Below, piece after piece: positions 18,181 to 27,613 of a stretch of DNA of 64,000 nucleotides. The stretch spans positions 516,690 to 580,689 of the forward strand of contig CAWFOM010000005.1 in NCBI GenBank assembly GCA_963817385.1, written 5' to 3'. The DNA comes from an uncultured delta proteobacterium. Its GTDB lineage: Bacteria; Desulfobacterota; Syntrophia; Syntrophales; UBA5619. The notes below the pieces were generated by a model. It worked only from the letters and a program-made list of their open reading frames with translations. It did not search any database and had not been told where the DNA came from. Made by a program: the position numbers and the translations under genes. How positions within the stretch are numbered: the stretch's first letter is position 1; each line of letters starts with the position of its first letter.

Positions 18181-19923
18181 ATGAATAACCGGCAAATTGC
18201 GAAGATATTCGAGGATATTGCGGATATCCTCGATCTCAAGGGAGAAAACGTCTTTAGGATCAGGGCATACCGCCGGGCGGCCCAGAACATCGACGGGCTT
18301 ACACGGGATATCGCCACTCTCTCCGAGGAGGAACTCGATGCGATCCCCGGAATCGGCAAGGACCTGACGGCAAAGATCCGTGAGTTTCTTGCGACGGGGA
18401 AAGTGGCCAAACACGAGGCGCTGAAAAAGGAAATCCCCGAAGGCGTGCTCGAGATGTTGCGCGTCCCCGGCCTCGGTCCGAAGACGGCAAAGCTGCTCTA
18501 TGACCATTTGCAGGTAACGGGCGTCGACGAGCTCGAGACCCTCACGCGCGCGGGGAAACTCGCGGGTCTCCCGGGCATACAGAAGAAGACCGAAGAAAAT
18601 ATCCTGCGGGGAATAGCGCAGATCAAGCGGGGAAATGAGCGCCGGCCTCTCGGCCGGGTGCGGCCGCTCGCCGAGGAGATCGTCAGACAGGTCAAAGAGA
18701 GGGCGCCCGTTGACCGGATCGAGGTAGCCGGAAGCATCAGACGCTGGAAGGAGACGGTGAATGATATCGATATCCTCACGGCCTCCGGGCAGCCCGGGAA
18801 AGTCATGGACGCGTTCGTGAAACTCCCCCACGTCAGCCGCGTTCTCATGCAGGGGCCGACACGATCGTCGACGATCACCGATGAGGGGGTCCAGGTGGAT
18901 CTGCGCGTGGTGGAGGAGGGCTCCTTCGGCGCCGCTCTCCAGTATTTTACGGGGAGTAAGCAGCACAACATCAAACTCCGGGAAATGGCCGTGCGATCGG
19001 GACTCAAGATCAGCGAGTACGGCGTGTTCAGGGAACCGGGCGAACGGAAGATCGGCGGGAAAAAAGAAGAGGACGTGTACAAGGCCCTTCATCTGCCGTT
19101 TATCCCGCCGGAGTTGAGGGAAGATGCCGGTGAGATCGAGGCTGCTCAGAAGGGGGCGCTCCCCGACCTCATAACGGTGGATGATATCAAGGGCGACCTT
19201 CATGTCCATACCAAGTGGTCCGACGGAAGCCATGACCTGGACACCCTCGTACAGGCGGCCCGGGCAAAAGGCTACCGGTATATGGCGGTCACCGACCATA
19301 CCAAAGGTCTTGGTGTCGCTCATGGGCTCGATGAGGCGAGGCTTGCGGAACAAACCCAATTCATCGATGCGGCAAATGAGCGATATGCCGGTTTCACTGT
19401 CTTAAAGGGGACCGAAGCGGATATCCGGTCCGACGGCAGTCTCGATCTGCCCGATCGGGCGCTCGCCGGGCTCGATATCGTCGTCGCGTCGGTGCACTCG
19501 GGATTCAAGCAATCGCGGGATCAGATTACGAAACGGATCCTGTCGGCGATCAGAAACCCGTGCGTGAGCGTCATCGCCCATCCCACCGGCAGGCTGATCG
19601 GCGAGCGCGACCCCTATGCCGTTGATATGGAGGCGGTGCTCAAAGAGGCCGCAAAATACGGCGTGGCCGTGGAGATCAACGCCTATCCCCTGCGTCTCGA
19701 CTTGAACGATCTCCATGTCAAGATAGCGAGAGAGTACGGTGTAGCTCTGGTCATCAATACGGATGCTCATGTCCTGAGCCAACTGGACTTCATGCGGTAC
19801 GGGGTGTCCGTCGCGCGGCGGGGATGGACGGAGAAGAAGGATGTGCTGAACACCCTTCCATACGATCAGCTTATCCGGAGATTGAAATCCTGTACGGCAT
19901 CAAAGGCCTCGGTTTCGTCATGA
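18181..19923 (+). CDS. polX: DNA polymerase X / PHP 3'-5' exonuclease
   Basis: GENVFRIRAY, AGSIRR..ETVNDIDIL, YFTGSKQHN, GDLHVHTKWSDG, TDH, AHPTGR, NTDAH. Confidence 0.96.
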   Translation: MNNRQIAKIFEDIADILDLKGENVFRIRAYRRAAQNIDGLTRDIATLSEEELDAIPGIGKDLTAKIREFLATGKVAKHEALKKEIPEGVLEMLRVPGLGPKTAKLLYDHLQVTGVDELETLTRAGKLAGLPGIQKKTEENILRGIAQIKRGNERRPLGRVRPLAEEIVRQVKERAPVDRIEVAGSIRRWKETVNDIDILTASGQPGKVMDAFVKLPHVSRVLMQGPTRSSTITDEGVQVDLRVVEEGSFGAALQYFTGSKQHNIKLREMAVRSGLKISEYGVFREPGERKIGGKKEEDVYKALHLPFIPPELREDAGEIEAAQKGALPDLITVDDIKGDLHVHTKWSDGSHDLDTLVQAARAKGYRYMAVTDHTKGLGVAHGLDEARLAEQTQFIDAANERYAGFTVLKGTEADIRSDGSLDLPDRALAGLDIVVASVHSGFKQSRDQITKRILSAIRNPCVSVIAHPTGRLIGERDPYAVDMEAVLKEAAKYGVAVEINAYPLRLDLNDLHVKIAREYGVALVINTDAHVLSQLDFMRYGVSVARRGWTEKKDVLNTLPYDQLIRRLKSCTASKASVSS

Positions 19924-20051
19924 CATAGAAACCAAAGACAATACGGTCAAGGTGCTTGGTGAGCCGAATCGCATGAATAGGCACTGTCAGTATGCATGTT
20001 ATATGGACAAAGTAACGATATTATCTCACGTTGTCGGCGTGATACCGCCGG

Positions 20052-20708
20052 TTACTTTTCATGTTCGTAGATCAGATGGTAGTGCTCATGGGTACCGAGT
20101 TTGACGCGTTCATTAAAATCAAATTTGTAGTTCAGTCCAATAAACGGGCTGCGCGCGTTGTGGCAGTCCCGACAAACAGTCTCTGTGGGTGGATAGATCA
20201 GCCCTGCCTTCCTGGCAGCGGAAGTCTTGAACGTTGGATTCTTGGGATCCATCACCGTGCTCACATATGTGCCGCCATGTCCATGACACGCCTCACAAGT
20301 GACACCGGCCATATCGGGAGTCTTTTCGATGGAAACGAAGCCGCCCACCAACCCATATCCGGTAGTGTGGCACGGCAAGCAGGTTTCATCGTGTGTGTAG
20401 TCCATGTCTGGATCGAGTCCGGCCGTTCGCTTCTCCTGAGCTTTTTCGCCTGACCGAAGTACCGTGAAGCTGTTTGCCATACGGGTCTTTTTCCATGAAG
20501 CGTATTGCTTTTCATGGCATTCTTTGCACTTGCCGGGTCCGACAAACTGGCCCTGGGAAACATGGTCGTACGTGCCCATGGTAACATAGAAAAATACACC
20601 AATGCCCAATAGCACGACGACTATGGTAATCGGCCATGTGAATCGGGATATCCACCGGCGCGTCTCTTCAGTTACCGTGTTCGTTCCTTTATTTTCTTCA
20701 TTCGGCAT
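20052..20708 (-). CDS. Membrane-anchored tetraheme cytochrome c (c554-like)
   Basis: N-terminal TM segment; CKECH, CLPCH, CEACH (GVTCEACHG), CRDCH. Confidence 0.88.
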   Translation of the reverse strand: MPNEENKGTNTVTEETRRWISRFTWPITIVVVLLGIGVFFYVTMGTYDHVSQGQFVGPGKCKECHEKQYASWKKTRMANSFTVLRSGEKAQEKRTAGLDPDMDYTHDETCLPCHTTGYGLVGGFVSIEKTPDMAGVTCEACHGHGGTYVSTVMDPKNPTFKTSAARKAGLIYPPTETVCRDCHNARSPFIGLNYKFDFNERVKLGTHEHYHLIYEHEK

Positions 20709-20767
20709 GACGCCCCCTGTCTTTTCCGTTTACCGTGGGATAGACACTCGAATAACACATACCCGAA

Positions 20768-21988
20768 TCAATCGCCTTCATCGAAGTACGCAATAAGATC
20801 AATCAATTCTTTATCAGTAATCTTCTGCCATTTTATGTTTCTTTCTTTCATTATTCCTATCATCTTGGGACCATGATTCCATAATGCCGTTGCCATGTAG
20901 ATGGGAGAGACAATTCCTTTGAGCTGAGCGAGATTGGGGCCTTCTTTTTTTCCTTTTGCATCTTTCCGCACATCATGGCACATGTTGCATTGCTTTTCCT
21001 GGAATAACTTCTTTCCTGAAACTCTGTCTCCAATAGGATCAAAATAGCGGATAGAGAAGAGATACGCGGTAATATTTGCTATATTTTTAGCGGATAACTC
21101 GGGAATTTTGATATTCTCCTTCTGCATTTCATTAAACATTTGGGGGAAATGATCCCACATGAGACTTGCAAACTGACCTATCGTCGGTGGGAAATCTTTT
21201 TTTTGCACGCCAAGGTTAGGCCCCTTCGTTTTCGCCGTTCCCTGGGTGGCATGGCACTGTGCACATCCCTTTTGAGAAAACAGTTGCTTTCCCTCCGTGG
21301 GATCACCGGATGCAAGAAACACATCATCTTTTTTAGAGGGTTTAAAGGTTCTTATGTAGGCAATGATGTCTACGACATCATTTTTTTCCAGCTTCGGCCA
21401 AGCAACCGTCACTTTATCCATCGCATTTTTCATTTTTAGGGCATGGTTCCACATCATCTGTACCCAGAGCAGGGGATTCGTATATTCCGCCCACCTCGCC
21501 AGGTCGGGACCAATTTTACCGCCTTTTTCTCCAATGCTATGGCACTGCGTGCATCCCTTTGTCTTTAACACTTCTTTGCCTTTGGCAGCGTTCCCCGGTT
21601 CATCGAGATAACGGATGAAGTATAAAAAGGCAAAGAGATCCGCCATCTCCGTTTCATTCAGACGTTTAAATTCTATCAATTTTGCAGACATCTTCTCCCA
21701 CATTTCCGGTGCATGATTCCACATCGCCGCGGCCAGCCCGCCGGACGACAGATGGGAAGAGGGACTCTTTGAGAGATCAGGGGCGATGCGCTTCTTTCCT
21801 TTTTCACCCATGCCATGACATTGGATACATCCCTTTTCGGAAAATACCTGCCAGCCCTTCCGCGCATCTCCGGGGATTAGATATTTATCTTCAGCAAAGA
21901 CCCAGTGGAGATTCAACCCACAGCTAAGCCATATTCCCAGGAAGATGATCGTTATATTAACCTTCGCTTTCACTGGCTCGACCTCCAT
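20768..21988 (-). CDS. Exported cytochrome c with four tandem class-I-like monoheme domains
   Basis: Signal-like N-terminus; four repeats of G..LF..KGCxxCH...GP.L...(M/L)W(N/D)H.P.M. Confidence 0.88.
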   Translation of the reverse strand: MEVEPVKAKVNITIIFLGIWLSCGLNLHWVFAEDKYLIPGDARKGWQVFSEKGCIQCHGMGEKGKKRIAPDLSKSPSSHLSSGGLAAAMWNHAPEMWEKMSAKLIEFKRLNETEMADLFAFLYFIRYLDEPGNAAKGKEVLKTKGCTQCHSIGEKGGKIGPDLARWAEYTNPLLWVQMMWNHALKMKNAMDKVTVAWPKLEKNDVVDIIAYIRTFKPSKKDDVFLASGDPTEGKQLFSQKGCAQCHATQGTAKTKGPNLGVQKKDFPPTIGQFASLMWDHFPQMFNEMQKENIKIPELSAKNIANITAYLFSIRYFDPIGDRVSGKKLFQEKQCNMCHDVRKDAKGKKEGPNLAQLKGIVSPIYMATALWNHGPKMIGIMKERNIKWQKITDKELIDLIAYFDEGD

Positions 21989-22250
21989 TCTCCGAGACTC
22001 TCTTCTGGCCTTCCCGTATAATGATGGTAAACACCATGGTAACAACGGAAGTTAAAATGAGAAAGGCAAAGCTTACGACCGATGACAGAACCATGGCATG
22101 CACCGGGTGATCATTGTTGACCACGGACCGGTAAACTGCTGCGCCGAGGAAGATAAAAACCCCGAGCGCAAACAGGTAAAAACAAAGGAGCAGGGATATT
22201 TGAGCACCCAGAACTACTTTGTTTCTGATAGATGGATTGTCTTCTTTCAT
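21957..22250 (-). CDS. Small 2-TM membrane protein of the redox cluster
   Basis: GAGGTGA RBS; two long hydrophobic helices; overlaps the next gene. Confidence 0.7.
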   Translation of the reverse strand: MKEDNPSIRNKVVLGAQISLLLCFYLFALGVFIFLGAAVYRSVVNNDHPVHAMVLSSVVSFAFLILTSVVTMVFTIIIREGQKRVSENGGRASESEG

Positions 22251-22316
22251 CTGCTCACCTCATATTCCTTGAATGGATCTTCCGTACGGTATGTTCTAAT
22301 AATTTGCGCCTGCCCC

Positions 22317-23679
22317 TCATGAAGACGGCAGGTAAGTCCGGAGCCTCTCCGTAACTTCACCATGGGCCTTTTCACGCCCTTCCTGAACCTCCCATAAGGA
22401 TACAATGGGAAAGAACTTCGTAAAGATCATATAAATCATCGCAAAGAGCGCAAAGCATCCGGCGAGAATGGACCACTCGACCCACGTGGGACTGTAGAGC
22501 CCTGTTTCATAGGGCAAGCGGGGATGCATCAGGGTCGGGACGACGATGGTAAAGCGCTCCAGCCACATGCCGATGTTGACGGATATGGAGGCGATGACGG
22601 TCCCCGTCACGGTGCGGGTCCTCCTGTTTGCCAGGATCGTGAACGGGATGACAAAGCAGGTGACGACCATGATCCAGAACTGGGGAGCATATTTGCCCGT
22701 CATCTTTTCGAAAAATATGGACATTTCCACGGGCTCGTTCCCATAGAATACGGTAATGTACTCGCAAAAAGTAAAATAGAGCCAGAGACAGGTCATGACG
22801 AGGAGCAGGATGCCGAGATAATTAAAATGGACCTCCCGGAAATACCCTTCCAGGTGGTAGACCTTCCTGAGTACAGCCATGGCCACGATGATGGCGGCAA
22901 TCCCGGAAAAGATGGCGCCGGCCACGAAGTAAGGGCCGAAGATGGAGCTGTGCCACATGGGCTGAACGGTCATGGAAAAAACGTAGGAGACCACGGTGTG
23001 CACGGAAACCGCGATCGGCAGGACCGTAACCGCCATGATGGCAATGCCTTTCTCCAGGTAGTGAATCTGCTTTTCCGTTCCCGCCCAGCCGAGCGCCAAC
23101 ACCTCATACAACCCTTTCCTGAATCCGCGGCGGCATCCGGTCTCTGAGCAGGGCGATATCCGGAATGAGCGGGAGATACAGATAGACGGAACTGGCAGTC
23201 AGGTACGTGGTAAGGCTTACCACGTCCCAGAGAAGGGGCGATTGGAAACGACCATGCGTTATGACCGTCAGTAAGCGATCGATTCGGCCCAAATCGATCA
23301 GGATATTGCCTAAACCAAAAAAGAGCACCAGAACAGTGATAACTTCAGCGGAGCGGGTAATCGAACGGCGCCATTCCGCTTTGGAGATACGGAGGATCGC
23401 TGAGATGAGTGTTCCCGCATGGCTGACGCCGATAAAAAATACAAAATTGGTAATGTAAATACCCCAAAAGATAGGGCTGTTCAAACCCGTTACCCCGAGT
23501 CCCTCATGGAACTGTTGGAAATAGGCAAAAGCAGCAAACAGCACCACCAGAGACAGACAGGCAAAAGCCAGGTAAAAGACTTTGCCTGTTTTCAGAATAG
23601 GTTGATACAAGATCTCGTCTCTCATTTTGGCACCGTTTTTTTCCCTTCCCGACCCTTCGTCTGGTTTTAAAGCTTCCAC
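22317..23679 (-). CDS. NrfD/PsrC-family quinone-interacting membrane subunit (ActC/QrcD-like), frameshift near 23130
   Basis: WGIYITNFVFFIGVSHAGTLISAILR, DLGR, SPLLWDV, SVHTVVS, WHSSIFGPYFVAGAIFSG, GMWLERFTIV. Confidence 0.9.
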
Positions 23680-23680
23680 G

Positions 23681-24365
23681 CTAAGCTCCTTCCCTCAGAT
23701 AATACACATTTGGTTCAGTGCCGAGTTCTTCCAATAATCTGAATGCCCGTGGACTTCTTGCGAGTTTAGAAACAATACTGTCCTTATCATTTAAATCTCC
23801 GAAATAGATCGCCTTGCTCGGACACGTCTCCGCACAGGCAGGGATATAATCATCAGGGGTCATCTCCCTTTTTTCCGCCTTAGCCCTGTCCTTCGCCTTC
23901 TGTATCCGATGGGAGCAGAACACGCATTTTTCTATCACGCCCTTCGGCCTGACGGTAATGTCCGGATTCAGGGAGTTCATCATCTCCTTGGGCCAGGCGG
24001 GCTTATACCAGTTCATGGATTTAACGGTATAGGGGCAGGCGTTGGCGCAATATCGGCAGCCGATGCAGCGTCCATAGACCTGATCAACGATGCCCTCTTT
24101 CGTCTTGTTGGTAGCCCCGACGGGACAGACCTTGACGCAGGGCGGATTCTCACACTGCATGCAGGGACCGGCATAATATTTGATTTTATGCTGCGGGTAT
24201 TCTCCCTCGATATGTTCCACCATCCGTATCCAGTGTATGGACCGGGATCTTGCTGCCTCTCCCGGACTTGGCGGCGGTATGTTGTTCTCGATCTGGCAAG
24301 CAACGACACATGCCTGGCATGCCGTACACTTATCCAAGATCTATCACCATTCCCCATCTAATCAT
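23681..24365 (-). CDS. 4Fe-4S iron-sulfur subunit (NrfC/QrcC/ActB2-like), frameshift near 24336
   Basis: AAGGAGG RBS, MIRWGMVIDL then DKCTACQACVVAC, CMQCENPPCVKVCP, CIGCRYCANACPY, EKCVFC, ACAETCP. Confidence 0.92.
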
Positions 24366-24375
24366 ACCGTCCTCC

Positions 24376-26820
24376 TTATGCCTTATACACTTTGACCCTG
24401 GTTTTGTTCATCAGGGGTTCACCCGTGAAAGGCTCTGCGTGAATGAGTCAGTAATCGGGCGACATTTTCCCCAATCCCTTTCGCCCATCGGCCGAGCGCC
24501 CTGTGTCCCAGCCCCATCGGGATATTGACCACCTGGGGCATCGCCCGCGGTGTCACTTTGGCCCTGAATTTCAGCTTCGCCAGAGGCGATTCCACCCAGA
24601 CCCAGTCACCGTCCTCTATCCCTAATTTTTGCGCCGCCTTCGGACTTATCTCTACCCATGAATGCCACTGCTCATTGATGGTGAAGCCATTGATATCCTG
24701 CAGGTACGGATCATTGGCATGAATCGATCCGGCAAAAACAAGCGGTTGAAATACCTTGAGATGGAAAGGATAATCCTTTTCACTTTCCAGGGATGTATTG
24801 AGTTTCGGTTCCCAGTGAGGCAAAAAGAGGCGATCCCCCTTTGCTTCTACACCTGAAGCTCTTAATTCTTGCGGGGTATTGCTTGCCTTTTCCAATTGAT
24901 ATTTCAGAGTCTGTGAATAAAATTCAAATTTTCTGGAGGGTGTCCGGAATATCCTTTCCCATTCTTCATAGGCATAGGCAGGATCCCACCACCCCCCCTT
25001 TTCCTGTATCCCAGCCCAGAATTCCTCAAAGTTCTTGTATCCGGGAGCCCTCCATCCACGTCTCACTAACTCTCTCAGCAAGGCTTCATCCAATGCGGGA
25101 GCAAAGAGGTCACCTCGATTCATTGCATAAACTTTTTTCATGGTCTCGGACAACACTTCCTGAGAATCTTTCCAGGGGAATGCCTTCGCTATTGGCTGCC
25201 CCATCCCCTTGGCGATCTCGATGATTACGTCACCGGTATTCTTGGTATTGTATCGCGGCGCCATGACAGGCTTGCCTATCCCGACCACGGGGTATCCTTG
25301 AAATGTCTGCGTGATGTTGCTTTGCCATTTCTCCAAATAGGTATGATCCGGCAGGATAAGGTCGGCATTTTGAGTTGTCTCATCCATATAGGGTGAGAAG
25401 CTGACGATGAAGGGGATCTTTCCTATGGCTTGAGAAAAACCTTTTATATGTTGACATGGAGAAGAGGGGGTTGCCGTTATAAAAAAATAATGTACTGATT
25501 TCATAGGGTTTCCCTTTGAGAACCCGTTCGGAAAAACCTGAGAGCGAGGAAGTTGACGAGCGGGAACTTGCCGCTGTCCGTACCGGCTAGAGGAGTCATC
25601 TGGAGCCCTCTTCGCGCTGTTTCATCGAGTTCCGGGGCCGGGAGATCGAGTGCCGGCGGGTTTTTGATGGTCAGGACTCCACCGGGCTTATCAATATTTC
25701 CCACCAAGGCGTTGAGAGCATGGATCGCCATCTGTTGATAAATATCTCCTCTGTTCCCGATAGCGAGGGCCGGGCCTTGCGTGGCAAATTCTTTTGCCAA
25801 TCTCAATATGGATTCCACGGGAACATTGGTAATCTCTGAAACCACACTCGGGGAATAATTCTGGAGTACGAGGTTCTTGTACCCCTGGTGCTCTTTTCCG
25901 GAGGGATCCTTCAGATCTTCAAACCCAAAGGTGTGCTTCTCAATGAACTCTTTATCATACAATCCCTCTTTGATGATAACGTGTGCCATCCCTAAGGCCA
26001 AAACACCTTCCGTTCCGGGATTTACCGGTATCCATTCATCGGCTTTTGCCGCCGTTGTAGAATAACGAGACTCCACCTGCACGATCTTACCTCTGATGCT
26101 CTTTTCTCTCCTCATGTAGCCGAAGGCCTTCATAACTTGAACAGGCGACCAGAATGATTGCAGGAGGTCTGATTCGAACGAGATTATGTAATTTGCCATT
26201 TCCATATCGTAAACAATGCCATCGTTCATACCTTGCATCAGATAAAAGGCATCAACGCTGCCATAATCCAACCCCGTCGGGATACTCAGGTAGTTCGGCG
26301 AACCATACTGGTGGAGGAATCTTTCCAGGAGCATCTTTATCAGACCGTTGGAATCTCCATCCATAATGGCCACGGTATGAGAGGCATTTCCTGCTCGTAT
26401 TTCTTTCAGACGATTTACCAGGTGCGTGATCGCTTCATCCCAGGTAATGTCCTGCCACTTCCCGTCGCCTCTGTTTCCAATCCTCTTCAACGGTCCGTGA
26501 ATCCGATCCGGATCATTTAAGCTTAGTAAACCCGCCTGACCTTTAGGACATAATTTCCCCCTGTTGATGGGATGGAAGGCATTGCCCTCGATCTTTACGG
26601 GTCTGTCACCAATCATTCTAACGCGAATTCCGCATCCTCCCGGACACTGCCGGCACTGTGATGTAACCCACCGTTCCGGCCCTTGGGGCACATCTACCCA
26701 GTCTTCACCCCACGCTGCCCGAAATGCCTTAACAGCTACATCGGGGGCATAAGCTAACACACCGCCTCCGGCAGCGACTCCCAACACCGTTAAGAATTCT
26801 CGTCTCGTAACCTTTCCCAT
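24376..26820 (-). CDS. Tat-exported molybdopterin-oxidoreductase-family subunit (QrcB/ActB1-like), about 3 frameshifts
   Basis: TRREFL Tat motif; CRQCPGGC...GKLCPKG; ADEWIP; DETTQNADLILPDHTYLE; molybdopterin dinucleotide-binding C-terminal domain. Confidence 0.9.
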
Positions 26821-26890
26821 CCTTCACTCCTTATGCCCTTCTGGTCTGAAGAATAAGCACCGAATATGGTCAGTTTTTCCGCGGCAGCGG

Positions 26891-27400
26891 TCATTTGTGG
26901 CAAATTACACAACTTGTATCCACGTTATTCTTCTCATGGCATGCCATACAGTCGCTCATTTCCAACTCAACCAGGGCCGTGCCGGGTGGCTTTACCATAT
27001 TCCCCATATCTCCATGGCATTTCTCACATTCCAATTTGCCAACCGACACATGTCTGTTATGGGAAAAGTACACGTGAACGGGATTCTTGAAAATCCTTAT
27101 CCATTTGATATCCTGTTCCTTTTTGATGAAGTTGATTAATTTTTTCTCTTCCGGGCTTTTTGACAGAGGTTCTTCACTATGGCATCCCATACAAATCTTA
27201 ATATCCGGCAGTCCTGCGTATGCTGAATTTTGGACACCGGTATGGCATTCCTCGCATTTGAGCGTCTCGGTATGCACCTTATGGTTAAATGCCAGAGGCT
27301 GCGTTACCGGCTCTGCAAAAAACTCATACCAGCGAAAAGCGACCAGCAATCCGACCAGAAGGACAAATATGCCAAACAAGGTTTTCTTTGACTTTGTCAT
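26891..27400 (-). CDS. Membrane-anchored pentaheme cytochrome c (ActA/QrcA-like)
   Basis: TM segment; QPLAFNHKVH; five CxxCH (CEECH, CMGCH, CEKCH, CMACH, CVICH); HVYFSHNRH. Confidence 0.92.
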   Translation of the reverse strand: MTKSKKTLFGIFVLLVGLLVAFRWYEFFAEPVTQPLAFNHKVHTETLKCEECHTGVQNSAYAGLPDIKICMGCHSEEPLSKSPEEKKLINFIKKEQDIKWIRIFKNPVHVYFSHNRHVSVGKLECEKCHGDMGNMVKPPGTALVELEMSDCMACHEKNNVDTSCVICHK

Positions 27401-27613
27401 TGTGTGGACCCTCGCTGTCCCGCAGAGCGCCGTCCCGACAGGGGTGGTACATACACGATCGGGTAGATAGATTCAAAAGACAATGGTGATTAATGGGAGG
27501 GGAAATAGGAGATGGAATCTACTAAGAAAGATAAATGATGCAAACACATGGCGGCTTACCATTCCATGGCAGGGAAGCTCTTGCTTGTCCTGCCGTCGAA
27601 TTCCTTCCGACCA

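Noticed and set aside
18181..19923. PolX as part of a novel repair or defence system
   Set aside because: Canonical PolX-PHP with intact motifs and no associated repair or defence genes
22317..26820. Selenocysteine/pyrrolysine read-through or programmed frameshifting explaining the split genes
   Set aside because: Breaks change frame rather than being in-frame stops; no consistent slippery site or SECIS-like hairpin seen
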